A DNA stretch of 64,000 nt from Octopus vulgaris (lineage: Eukaryota): the NCBI GenBank assembly GCA_951406725.2, contig OX597816.1, forward strand, positions 21,328,001 to 21,392,000, read 5' to 3'. Position numbers and translations under genes: made by a program. Positions 13,847 to 26,119 of this stretch are shown piece after piece. The notes under the pieces are model-generated. The model had not been told where the DNA came from, searched no databases, and saw nothing but the letters and a program-made list of their open reading frames with translations. Within the stretch, counting starts at the first letter, position 1. Each line of letters opens with the position of its first letter.

Positions 13847-14243
13847 ACTCTTTTACTCTATTAATTGTTTCAGTCATGTGACAGAGGCCATGCTGGAGCA
13901 CCGCCTTTAGTCGAGCAAACTGATCCCAGTACTTATTCTTTGTAAGCCAAGTAATTATTCTATCAGTCTCTTTTGCCGAACCGCTAAGTTACGGGGATGT
14001 AAACACACCAGCATCAGTTGTCAAGCAATGTTGGGGGGAGAAACACAGACACAAACATATACATACACAAACACATGTATATACAGATACACGACAGGCT
14101 TCTTTCAGTTTCCGCCTGCCAAATCCACTCACAAAGCTTTGGTCGGCCCGAGGCTATAGTAGAAGACACTTGCCCAAGGTACTACGCCGTGGAACTGATC
14201 CCGGAACCATGTGGTTGGTAAGCAAGCTACTTAGCACACAGCT
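13847..14243 (-). mobile_element. SINE family A
   Basis: Reverse complement of family A; lies tail-to-tail with a 3'-half plus-strand copy at about 13525-13785. Confidence 0.85.
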
Positions 14244-14496
14244 ACAATGTGTTTCTTGGTGAACTATGTCTGAGGAAAAGACATGGTGGTCATATCTGGA
14301 TTTATTCTTCCTGAGTTGACCTGACTCTCTAAATAACACTAATAAACAGCTAAAGTGCAGTTGTTTTATAGACTTGTAAAGTCAGGAGCAGTTTTGAACA
14401 TTATCTCAAAATCAGTGAAAAATATCTACCAAAAGAATCTCTAAGTATGTCTGTATTCTATTGAATTTTCGATTTTTCAAACAATAGCATGTTGTC

Positions 14497-14499
<3 letters not shown>

Positions 14500-14547
<48 letters not shown>

Positions 14548-14910
14548 GTCGTCATCATCGTTTAACGTCCGCTTTCCATGCTAGCATGGGTTGGACGATT
14601 TGACTGACGTCTGGCAAACCAGAAGGCTGCACCAGGCTCCAATCTTGATCTGGCAGAGTTTCTACAGCTGGATGTTCTTCCTAACGCCAACCACTCCGAG
14701 AGGGTAGTGGGTGATTTTACGTGCCACCGACACAAGGGCCAGTCAGGCGGTACTTGCAACGGCCATGCTCAAATGTTGCTGTTTATGTGCCACCTGCACA
14801 GGAGCCAGTCCAGCGGCACTAGCAAAAACCTCACTCAAATGTTTTTTGCGTGCCACCAGCACAAATGCCAATAAGGTGACGCAGGTAACGATCACGCTCA
14901 AATGGTGCTT
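14500..14910 (-). mobile_element. RTE LINE 3' UTR fragment
   Basis: (CAT)n tail followed by the reverse complement of the RTE 3' UTR. Confidence 0.8.
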
Positions 14911-15399
14911 CATCTTTATTTAATGTCTGTTTTACATGCTGGCTTTGGTTGAACAGTTTAACAGGACGTTTCAAAATCTAGAGTCCTGTTGAGCTTCAAT
15001 ATCAGCTTTGGCTTAATTTCTATGGCAGGATATGCTTTCTAACATCGACCACTTAACAGTGTCTTCTTAATTTTCCTATATTAGCAGAAACAGTAGAGCA
15101 TTGAGCCAGATCCCTACTGTATTTTTCCGTTTGGGTGAGTTCAAATCCAACTGAAGACACTGCCTTCCATTCTTCTGGAGATTAATAAAAGAAAGAGGCT
15201 ATTCTTTCGATATAACTCGATAGACTAAAACACTTCAATTCGGTTCTTTCCGTAGCTGTTGCCGAAATGGGAGGAGTAGAAGAAACCTAATAGGTTGTAC
15301 GTGTGTATGTGCTTGTTGCTCTGTGTGTGTGTGATTGTTCCTCTATCTGTGTGTCCATGCTTGTTCTTGTCCGTGTGTCTGTGTGTGTGTGCTTGTTCT

Positions 15400-15453
<54 letters not shown>

Positions 15454-15469
15454 TGTTCTTGTCTGTGTA

Positions 15470-16055
15470 TATTCACAGACACGACAGAGTCGGAATCTAT
15501 ATACACTGGAAGCTATGCCAACACTATTGAATAAAAAAGATGGTATAGGCACACACCAGAAAAGGTCACAAAAAACGAGAAAGCAACCATACTCTGGATA
15601 TGCCAATGCACACAGATAGAGAAATTAAGGTCAATAGGCCAGATATAGTTGTTAGAGATCTTGAAGAAAAAAATGCTTTCAAATTGATGTATCAATACCA
15701 GCAAATGACAACGTGTCTCTAAAAGAGATGGAGAAACTCTCAAAATACAAAAGACATGGAAATAGAGGTAACTCGAATGTAGAATCTAAAAACAGAAACA
15801 ATTCCTATCATAGTAGACGCATTAGGCATGATAAAAAAATATTCAGACAAATATATATAAAAAATACTGGGACTTACAAATATACATAACATACAGAAAA
15901 TTGCACTACTGGGCACTGCACACATCCTACGAAAAACGCTTTCAATACAGTAACCATAAGAGTATCACAGCAAACCACAGCACATACCCAAGGCACACAG
16001 AGCTGTGCTCAGTAGTGAAGTGAATGCACACTGTAAAAATAAAACTACTGAATAA
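15470..16055 (+). pseudogene. R4/Dong-like non-LTR retrotransposon 3' end (restriction-like endonuclease domain)
   Basis: Frameshifted RHDRVGIYIHWKLCQHY...RPDIVV..IDVSIP..N..LKEMEKLSKY.D.EIEVTRM..TETIPIIV.ALG...IQKIALLGTAHILRK; ends in (AAT)n. Confidence 0.8.
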
Positions 16056-16179
16056 TAATATTAATAATAATAATGATAACAACAACAACAACAGCAACAA
16101 CAACAACAGCAGCACCAGCAGCAGCAACAACATCAAAAATACCTTAGGAATGAGAACCCAGGTTCGAAATTTCTCCAAG

Positions 16180-16222
16180 ACACCTGATGAAGGCTGGAGG
16201 GTATATCAGCTGAAACATATTA
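16180..16222 (+). ncRNA. Degenerate minimal hammerhead in an (AAT/AAC)n-associated repeat
   Basis: ACAC-CTGATGA-A-GGCTG...CAGCT-GAAAC; the 3' strand is decayed; homolog at 44542-44585. Confidence 0.5.
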
Positions 16223-16940
16223 ACAACAAACAAGATGAGGACAAATATCCGTCAAATGTAAATAATGTAAACAATGTAAATAACGTACATAATTTCCCGT
16301 CTCTTAAATATAGAAGTGAACTATACAACATCAGTGGTTCTTTAACAGAGCATGACTTAAAGAAACACAAAGAGTACAAGAAGAAATTCTTCCATTCTTT
16401 GCAGACAATGGACCAAAGGAATGAAAAAACGAACATACGATAATCTGCATGGGTTGGATGGAGTTCCTTGTTCAGCTGTTCTCAAAGATATTAAAACAGA
16501 CTTCGGTCACCATTCTTATGCCTTTTGATACACTTTAAAAGCTATCAAGAAATTTGTGAAACCTACTTTTCTGTTTGTATTCAGTCAGTTGAACTCTATC
16601 TGTTTCTTTTACTGAAGTCATTTATATCAATTTGCCATTGATTAAGAAGGCTTAGGTCGTTAGAAGATGTGCAGACTTCCCATTTGGTCTTTGGAAATAA
16701 TTATCTTTTATTCTTTTATTCTTTTACCCGTTTCAGGCCATTTGACTGTGGCCATGGTGGAGCACTGCCTTTAATCGAACAAACTGACCCCAGGATTTAT
16801 TCTTTGTAAGCCTAGTACACATTCTATTGGTCTCTTTGCCAAACCACTAAGTTACGGGGGGCATAACACACAAACATCGGTTGTCATGCAATGATGGGGG
16901 GGACAAACACAGACACACAGACATATACATATATATATAT

Positions 16941-17168
16941 AAGGCATCAAGCTGGCAGAAACGTTAGCATGCCAGGCGAAATGCTTAGCGGTATTTCCTC
17001 TGCCGCTACGTTCTGAGTTCAAATTCCGCCGAGGTCAACTTTGTCTTTCATCCTTTCGGTGTCAATATATTAAGTACCAGTTATGCACTGGGGTCGATGT
17101 AATCGACTTCATCCCTTTGTCTGTCCTTGTTTGTCCCTTCTATGTTTAGCCCCATGTGGGCAACAAAG

Positions 17169-17172
<4 letters not shown>
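16941..17172 (+). mobile_element. tRNA-derived SINE family B
   Basis: Head (ggcg)agctggcagaaacgttagc..gagttcaaattcc; central tttcatcctttcgg.gtc.at; tail aaagaaata; about 9 copies in the window. Confidence 0.85.
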
Positions 17173-17207
<35 letters not shown>

Positions 17208-17325
17208 AGAATTAGATGAATATGGTTCTTAAGTTGAGGCACCATAATTTAGTACGGTATCATCCATACAATTTCAAAATAAGGGGATTAAAATCAAAAT
17301 AGGTAACAAGGATATTCAGAGGTAA

Positions 17326-17418
17326 TGCAATACGATCGTTTCATGCAACTCCATTTAATTGAGCAATGCAATCATTTTCATTACATCACTTTAAAATGTA
17401 GAGCAATCTTCAGCTGCA
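17326..17418 (-). ncRNA. Type I minimal hammerhead ribozyme
   Basis: Minus strand: TGCAG-CTGAAGA-tTGC...GCAt-GAAAC-gatc-GTA-TTGCA. Confidence 0.7.
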
Positions 17419-17600
17419 CAAAGACATAGAATTTAATCAAATTTGAACCGAAGGACACATTAGTATAATTTTACCTAAAATCTCCAAGAAGTTGAGGAGA
17501 TAGACAACGAACATATTGTTTCTAATTCAGCATAGATTTTAGGTAAAATTATACTAATGTGTCCCGTTCTAATTTAATTTAATTAAATTCTATGTCTTTG

Positions 17601-17692
17601 TGTAGCTGAAGATTGCTCTACATTTTAAATTGATGAAATTAATTGATTGCATTGTTCAATTAAATTGTGTTGCATGAAACGATCGTACTGTA
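17601..17692 (+). ncRNA. Type I minimal hammerhead ribozyme
   Basis: TGTAG-CTGAAGA-tTGC...GCAt-GAAAC-gatc-GTA-CTGTA. Confidence 0.7.
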
Positions 17693-17810
17693 TTACCTCT
17701 GGATATCCTTGTTGCTTATTTTGATTTATATATACATGCAAATATATATATATATTCTGTTATTCTTTAACTTGTTTCAGTCATTGACTGTGGCCATGTT
17801 GGAGCACTGC

Positions 17811-17855
<45 letters not shown>

Positions 17856-17860
<5 letters not shown>

Positions 17861-18400
17861 ATATGAGGGAATATTATTCCAAACTTACAAGTAAAAATTC
17901 AATTTAGAAATACTAAATCAAATTTCACAAAATATAATATATATATAAATTAGAAAAAAACCCACCTTTTATCAATTCAATAATGAAAAATTAAATTACA
18001 CCATTTAGAAAATTACATATTATAGAAAAATTAAATATAAGATAAAAAAATATAATGATGATTAAGTAATGTGCAAAATAATAAATAACACGTATATATT
18101 TGGTAGAATAATGACACGTGTTTCGTGGCTATATTTAAGAAATGATATAGTAAAAATATTAGTACTAGTAGTAAAATCACTTCGATATAAGTATAGCCAC
18201 TCATCAGGATAAAGATAACTACAATAATAAAATAGTTGATTAATAAATATATGTAAATAATCTTTTAAAATAATTACTTAATCATCGTTATATTTTTTAT
18301 CTTATATTTAATTTTTCTATAATATGTAATTTTCTAGTTGGTGTAATTTAATTTTTCATTATTGGATTGATAAAAGGTGTTTTTTCTTCTAATTTATACA
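17856..18400 (-). mobile_element. Fold-back element with a hammerhead core in the spacer
   Basis: Arms 17941-18070 and 18273-18400; tail 17856-17940; (TA)n flanks. Confidence 0.7.
18113..18207 (-). ncRNA. Hammerhead core lacking a clear stem I
   Basis: CTGATGA-GTGGCTATA...TATAGCCAC-GAAAC-acgt-GTC with a perfect 9-bp stem II; the flanks do not pair. Confidence 0.55.
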
Positions 18401-19699
18401 TATATATATATATATAAATAAGGATAAGATCTTTAATTTAAACCCAGATCTTATCAAGTGGCCAGCATGGGAATAAGAACATTCAAAGGTAATAATTATT
18501 ATTAAAATTATATTTTAGTGTATCTAAGAGATACCACCACGCTGGAAATAGCAGCCAAAACTTGACTCTAAAACCACATTAAATGTTCATACAGCTAATT
18601 GTAGTATTTTATATAGAAATAAGTTACAAAATAAGGTACATAATAATCACACATACAAATATTTATATACTTCCTTTGTACATGCACACACATACACATA
18701 CTCACACAGTGTTGAAACACTGATTTTTTCACAGCTCCCTTCCTTATTCATCTATTACCCCTTCCTTTCTCTTATTGCTATTACTTTCTCTTACTCCCTG
18801 TCAGTCAGGACTATTACTCTCACTACTTCTCCTTCACTGAATTACTATTTTCTCTCCTCCTCCTCGTCCAGCATGATTCTGGACAAATATATATACACAT
18901 ACAAATATAAAAACACTATGCTCATAATTATATTAGGAGATTACTGCTAGAAACACTTAAGATAATGAATACACTCACACTTGCTATTGAACAGTCGCTG
19001 CAGTAGTCAGGATATCTTTCTTAAATCAGATTCTCATTTCTATGTTTTGTTGCCAGATGAGTTGGCTCCTTTCCTACAGTAGCAGTGCATTTATTTATTG
19101 AACAGCATGCTGTGAAGATAAACCTATTTATCATCATCAGTGTGGAGGCATTTGGTTTAGTGGTTAGAGTGTTGGACTCATGATCATAAGATTGTGGTTT
19201 CAATTCCTGGACCAGGAACGTTTCATTTCACGTTGCTCCAGTCCACTCAGATGGCAAAAATGTAATCCTGCGATGGATCGGTGTTTTGTCTCGAGTGGGG
19301 AATTTCTACTCTGCTGAAACCAGGAAACAAGCCTTTATGAGCCTGTCATGGCTCGAGAAGGAAAGGCCAAATTTAAAAAATGAATTCTGGGGTTGATTTC
19401 ATCTTCTAAATACCTCAGAATGGTGCTCGGCATGGCCAAATTATAATGGCTGAGGCTAGTAAGAAATAAAAGAAAGCATTGGTCTGTCATGAAAATGACA
19501 TGAAATTGGCTGTTTGAAATGCAATGATCATGCTGATGGGCAAGATTTATATAAAATTTCATTGTGAACACATCTAACTGGCTTGAAGCAACAGAAATAA
19601 TTTCGGTACCAAGAGAAGTGATAGGGAGAAAGCACCACATGTCTATAAAGTAATGCTGTGGTTTGCAATATTTCATAGCCGAGTGACCCCTTTCACAGA

Positions 19700-19994
19700 A
19701 TGTGCTGGTGGCACATAAAGGCACCCACTACACTCTCGGAGTGGTTGGCGTTAGGAAGGGCATCCAGCTGTAGAAACTCTGCCAGATCAGATTGGAGTCT
19801 GGTGCAGCCATCTGGTTTGCCAGACGTCAGTCAAATCGTCCAACCCATGCTAGCATGGAAAACGGACTTAAACGATACTAATGATGATGATGATGATGAT
19901 GATGACAAGGATGAGCCTGGTGCAGCCATCTGGTTTACCAGTCCTCTGTCAAATTGTCCAACCCAGGGTAGCATGGAAAGAAGATGTTAAAGGA

Positions 19995-19998
<4 letters not shown>
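19700..19998 (+). mobile_element. RTE LINE 3' UTR fragments (two in tandem)
   Basis: Same 3' UTR/(GAT)n family as 3215-3414. Confidence 0.8.
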
Positions 19999-20039
<41 letters not shown>

Positions 20040-20159
20040 TATATACATATATATTTATTGAATCCAAACAAAGAACAACAAACGAGGAAAAACAATAATG
20101 TGAGGATGTGGTACAAGTACTGTATTATCAGACGCTCATACATATATATATGTATATAT

Positions 20160-20464
20160 CACCGTGATCACCGTGACCGACCAGGCTATCAGATGTTGTT
20201 ACACATCGCTGGTCACAACGCGCTTCGCATTGTTTTAGCCTTCAAATGACGAAACCTCGCTAGCTAAGCGAGCAGGCCAACAGAAGAAAGAGTGAGAGAA
20301 AGTTGTGTCGAAAGTGTACAGCAGGGATCGCCACCATCCCCTGCCGGAGCCTCGTGGAGCTTTTAGGTGTTTTCGCTCAATAAACACTCACAACGCCCGG
20401 TCTGGGAATCGAAACCGCGATCCTATGACGAGTCTGCTGCCCTACCACTAGGCCATTGCGCCTC

Positions 20465-20468
<4 letters not shown>
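20160..20468 (-). mobile_element. tRNA-derived SINE family C
   Basis: Minus strand gtggaggcgcaatggcctagtggtagggc...ggtttcgattccc (A and B boxes); homologs at about 58790-59035 (+) and 40150-40412 (-). Confidence 0.8.
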
Positions 20469-20555
<87 letters not shown>

Positions 20556-21059
20556 TAAATATATATAAATACATATACACGCACGCGCGTGTGTGTATAT
20601 ATATAGGTAGTATTTAACTTAATGATAGATATATGTTATTTTATGCTCAATTGGTAGTGCTTTGCCCCACACCATCCTTTTGTCTATCAGACACATTTAT
20701 CATCTGATAGTCTTTACTTTCAGAGGGTTTTAGTCAGAGGTGACTTGATATCTTAAAAAGGATATCTTTCTCTCCCACTCGGATTTTCATGTTAGTCTTT
20801 CTTAATAATCTTTTAAAGGGTGTAGGTACTGAAGGAGACAGTCTTTTGTAAAGCTTAATATTATACTTAATGGTTTAATGGTGTAACAAATGAATAAGAA
20901 AGAAGAAAAGGAAAATTATAAAGAAACAAATTGAAAAAGCAAAAAAGAAAACAAAAAGAGTAAACATGATAGCTTTATAATCTTTTCAATGCCCCAAAAA
21001 CAATGTTCATTTTGAAATCTGATGAAATGAACAAATAAATACATAAATAAATAAATAAA

Positions 21060-21121
21060 TGATGATGATAATGAGGATGATGATGATAACGATGACAATG
21101 ATGATAATAATAATAAATAAC

Positions 21122-21152
<31 letters not shown>

Positions 21153-21244
21153 TTAATGATAGTAGTAATAATAATAATAATGATAATAATAATGATGATG
21201 ATGAAGATGATAATGAAGATAATAATAATAATAATAATGATGAA

Positions 21245-21297
<53 letters not shown>

Positions 21298-21352
21298 TAA
21301 TAATAATAATGATGATAGTAATAACAATAATAATAATAAGGCAAGTAATAAT

Positions 21353-21426
<74 letters not shown>

Positions 21427-21495
21427 TAATAATAATAATAATAATGTTAATGATAATGATATTGATAGTAATAATAATAATAATAATGATGATGG

Positions 21496-21527
<32 letters not shown>

Positions 21528-21590
21528 GTAAGGTCAATAATCACAATGATAATAATAATAGTAATAATAATAATAATAATAATGATAATT
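21060..21590. repeat. Long (AAT)/(GAT) microsatellite
   Basis: Directly visible; explains the poly-N/I/L ORFs. Confidence 0.95.
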
Positions 21591-21937
21591 ACAACACGTT
21601 TCTGAAAATAAAAAGGACATTACAAAGAAGGTTATAATCAATGAAGAATATAATATCGAGGGTAGGGGAGGGCGTGGTTTGACTTCTCCCTCGCATTCTT
21701 ATACTCTCTTCTCCTTGTATTCCCAATTGTAAATACCAATGAATATTCATGGATGCTAATTTACCAGATATCAGTGTTGTAAACACTAAATATCATATCA
21801 TTAGTATTCATATCCTGTTTCTGAGAAAATATCGCCTCTTGTATAAATAACAATTTGTAATAATAATAGAGAGGTTCTTTTTGTTTTTCGTTTTACAAAA
21901 CTTTGCTGCTTTTCATTATAAACATATATATATTTAT

Positions 21938-22017
<80 letters not shown>

Positions 22018-22147
22018 GTATGTATATACTTAAATACATATATATGTGTGTGTATATATGTATGACATACACACTTATACAAACATATATATGGACACAC
22101 ACATATCCCCACATACATATACATACATAAATACATATATATATTCA

Positions 22148-22179
<32 letters not shown>

Positions 22180-23244
22180 CACACATATATATATATACTA
22201 TATATACTCATATATATATATATATATATATAGACAGATAGATAGATAGATATATAGATGTATAGATATAGATATATACATATATATGCATGTATATTTA
22301 ATATATATATATACATATATATATATATCTTCAAACACACACTTGCTCACAGACACAAACATATATGCACACAAACACATACATTAACATACATACACAG
22401 CACATCATCAATTTTATTATCATCAACGTTACTATTACTATCATTATTGCTATTATTACTATTATCTTTGTATCATTATTATTATTTATCTATTCCATCT
22501 CTTTGAGAGAAATTCTAAATTTATCATAGCGTTCTTCCAACTATTTCTTCCCTCAGAACATAATTCATTTTATTTTCAATCCTTTATGTATATAAATTAA
22601 GATGAATTATTTGTTTTTTTTTTCTTTTGGGGTTTTATCTTTCGATTGATAACATTTTTAATCTGCTGTTCAAAATTTTCTCATTTTTTTTTATTTAAAA
22701 AAAAAAGTCTTCGAGACAAAATACAAAAAAAAAAAAATAATAAAATAAAAGATATTTCAGTGGATTAATTTTCTCTATTAAATTAATTCTTTTATCATTC
22801 TTCATCTGAAAAAAAAAAAAGAAAAAAAAATCTTTGCATTTCTGTTTAATTTTTTGCTTTGTTTGTATTAGATTATTTTTACTTTATTGTTGCTTAAAAC
22901 AATGTGATTCATATTAATCTTTGCACGAGAAGTGATGTGAAATATCCATAAATTGTTTGAACTTCAGTTGACAGGGGAATTAAAAAAAAAATAGATTAAA
23001 ATAGATTGTTAAACAATAATTGGATTTGATGACAAAAATAACCTTATGTGCAAGGACCTGTTGTATAGTAATAAAGTATTTATGCTCCATCATAGTTAAT
23101 GCAGTATAGGGTTTAACAGGCAGCTTAAGCCTTTTAAATTATTTATTGCATTTATTAGTACTGAGCACTGAAGGTAAAAATGCTTGCACATTTTGAACGT
23201 TTGCACAAGTTCACATACTTGCAGTGTAGAACATTTGTGTTTTT

Positions 23245-23735
23245 AGGCGAGCTGGCAGAAACGTTAGCACGCTGGGTGAAGTGCATGGCCGTATTTCGTC
23301 TGCCGTTACGTTCGGAGTGCACATTCCGCCGAGGTCGACTTTGCCTTTCATCCTTTCGGGGTCGATTAAATGAGTAGCAGTTACGCACTGGGGGTCGATA
23401 TAATTGACTTAATCCGTCTGTTTATCGACCTCCGAAAGGATGAAAGGCAAAGTCGACCTCGGCGGAATTTGAACTCAGAATGTAAAGACGGATGAAATAC
23501 CTATTTCTTTACTACCCACAAGGGGCTAAACACAGAGAGGACAAACAAGGACAGACAAATGGATTAAGTCGATTATATCGACCCCAGTGCGTAACTGGTA
23601 CTTAATTTATCGACCCCGAAAGGATGAAAGGCAAAGTCGACCTCGGCGGAATTTGAACTCAGAATGCAGTGGCGGACGAAATACCGCTAAGCATTTCGTC
23701 TGGCATGCTAACGTTTCTGCCAGCTCACCATCTTA
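23245..23735. mobile_element. Inverted cluster of SINE family B (plus copy, then minus-strand tandem dimer)
   Basis: Plus copy 23245-23420 abuts the reverse-complement copies 23420-23735. Confidence 0.8.
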
Positions 23736-24105
23736 AAGCTTAAAAAATATAATCTAGATTATGGCTGAGAGATAATACTTTACTCAAAAACACTGCCCTC
23801 AGCTTCAATCAGGGTTTCATGCATTTCTCATTGTGTCCTGTGTGGCCCTGAGCAATAGTAAAAAAAATGCTCAGTGCTGTGCAGTAGGACTGAACCTGAA
23901 ATCACATGGTTGCAAAGTGAGTGTTTTAATCAGATAGCCATACAGCGTTACTTCTAGTTCTTTACTTTCTGAATTCAGATTCTACCAAAGTCAAGTTTGC
24001 TTTTTATCTTTTGGGAGTCAATATAAGATACCAGCCACAGTTAGCAATATCAATTAATCACCACTCCACAAATTGACTGGTCATGTGCCTAATTTAGAAA
24101 CATTT

Positions 24106-25040
24106 ATTATTACTTCCACCTTAGTGAAGGCAGAGGTATTGTTGTTTTTGTATTGGGTTGTATGGAAAGTTCGTGTCAATTTATAGTAGTTTAACTTTCG
24201 ACTTAGTTTAGAACATGGCTGAGTCCATGAAATCGGATTTGACTACACCTCCATTTAGAGCACAGTTTAAGCTATCTTTTCGTAGAAGGTTTATGTTCCT
24301 ATAACCTGTGTTAATTTTGTAACCCTTTAAAATGGAAGATAAGAAAGTTCATGTTCGGCACTTGATGCTTTGAGAACCAGATAAAAATTGCGGCAGCTCG
24401 GCTGGGATGTGTAACCCCACCCTCCATATTCACCAGATATTACTCCTTCGGATTTCCACTTATTCAGGTCTCTGCAGAATAGTTTTAATGGTAAAAATTT
24501 CAATTCTTTGGATGACGTAAAAAGATACCTTGATGAATTCTTTGCCATAAAACTACCTCAATTTTGGGAAGCGGCTATTTTCAAGTTAAAGGAAAGATAG
24601 AGACGCATTGTGAAACAAAATGGTTCATATTTGGTCGATTAAAAATGTAATTGCAAGTACTTATTGACCTTTTTCTTTCCTTTAAAAATCGGCACGAACT
24701 TTCCGGACAACCCAATATGTTCATTTGTCTGTGGACAAGATATCTCAAAAATTTCTGAATGGATTTGGATGAAACTTTCAGGGATGTTTGGTCTCTTAAC
24801 TGGCAGAAACTGATTAGTTTTTGGGATCGAACCAGTACCGGACAAGGATTCTGGATTATTTGTCCTGTTTTTTTTCTATTATGTAATTTTTGAGAGCAGT
24901 CAGGGTTCATTTTTAGTATTCTCGTTTCTGAGAGCAGTCAAGTTTATTTCAGATATTCCCATTTTGAAAATCATCTTTGGCTAATCGTTGAGAGGACATG
25001 GGTGTTGCCTTGGTGAAGGTTTGTGCTCTCTGAGTGCTTT
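24106..25040 (+). mobile_element. Helentron-associated (DINE/HINE-like) non-autonomous element, interrupted by a mariner
   Basis: 5' ttattacttccacc..ggcagaggt palindrome, GTCT-like stretch, gatatctcaaaa..ggatttggatgaaacttt; 3' ggtgaaggt subTIR and hairpin gtgctc-tct-gagtgc; T-rich ends. Confidence 0.6.
24153..24715 (+). mobile_element. Internally deleted mariner transposon
   Basis: TIRs ttgggttgtatggaaagttcgtgtc and ggcacgaactttccggacaacccaa with TA flanks; N-terminal MEDKKVHVRHLML fused to HPPYSPDITPSDFHLFRSLQNS...IVKQNGSYLVD. Confidence 0.85.
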
Positions 25041-25799
25041 TGTTACTATTATTACTATTTATTAATTTGATCTGTAAGAAAAGGCACGGCTCTTAAATTT
25101 TACAAACTTACCAACACCAATGACATTCATGTCATTGGTGTTTTCCTTAAACTGTTGCAAGACAACCACTGTAAGAAAGACGTGTGAAAGGAAGAAATTA
25201 AACAGAACCAACTTTTTGGGGAAGAAAGACTGGATGTGATGGTCAGTTAGAACCTGTTGGGATTAGACATAATTTGGCTTATATAAGATGGAGAGGTGAG
25301 GGAATCAAGAGTGCATTGATGGAGGTAGAATGGGACCCGTTTACTCCAAAGAACAGAAATTTCTGTGGTTGTGGTAGCAACAAAATGATAGAAGGAACAG
25401 ATTTATTATGAGAAGGAAATGGTGAGAATAAGAGAAAGAAAAAGAAAGAGCAGTATTGAAAGTGAAGGAGACAGAGGAGAGGAGGAAAGGAAAGAAATGT
25501 CAGGGACTAATGTGAAAGAGAGGGAGACCAATGAGGTAATGGTAACAGGGTAGGTTGAACAGGTTGTCCCAGGGTTGGGATAATTTTGTCCATCTGTCAT
25601 GTCATTATGAGCTGGACAGTTCTTATAGGAGTTACATAGGTTTATTGTTGAAAAAGCATTGATACAATGTTAGAAAATGGGATAAAAGGGGAAAAAAGGA
25701 AAGTAAGTAACATCAGGAGTTAGTGTGAGTGAGTTAGGGAGTGTTCAGACAGTGAGGTATGCTGAGTGGGAGATGTAGGGCAACCCCACGTTAAATATA

Positions 25800-26015
25800 T
25801 ATTTCTTTATTACCCACAGGGGGATAAACATAGAGGGGACAAACAAAAGGATTAAGTCGATTACATTGACCCCAGTGCATAACTGGTACTTAATTTATCG
25901 ACCCCGAAAGGATGAAAGGCAAAGTCGACCTCGGTGGAATTTGAACTCAGAACTTAACTGCAGACGAAATTTGGCTACACATTTCGCCCGGTGTGCCAAC
26001 GTTTCTGCCACCTTA
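25800..26015 (-). mobile_element. SINE family B
   Basis: Reverse complement of family B. Confidence 0.8.
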
Positions 26016-26074
26016 CCACCGTAAACAGGTGAGAGAAAAGGTAGCAATTACACACACACACGCACGCACGCACG

Positions 26075-26119
<45 letters not shown>

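Larger units (their letters stand above)
17200..17728 (-). mobile_element. Hammerhead-bearing fold-back element in (TA)n
   Basis: Diverged inverted arms about 17289-17482 and 17534-17728; tail 17200-17288; a hammerhead in each arm. Confidence 0.75.

Noticed and set aside
25150-25680. Possible decayed Penelope-type ORF remnant on the minus strand (..SYKN..PGT.C..)
   Set aside because: Too degenerate to call without a translated homology search.
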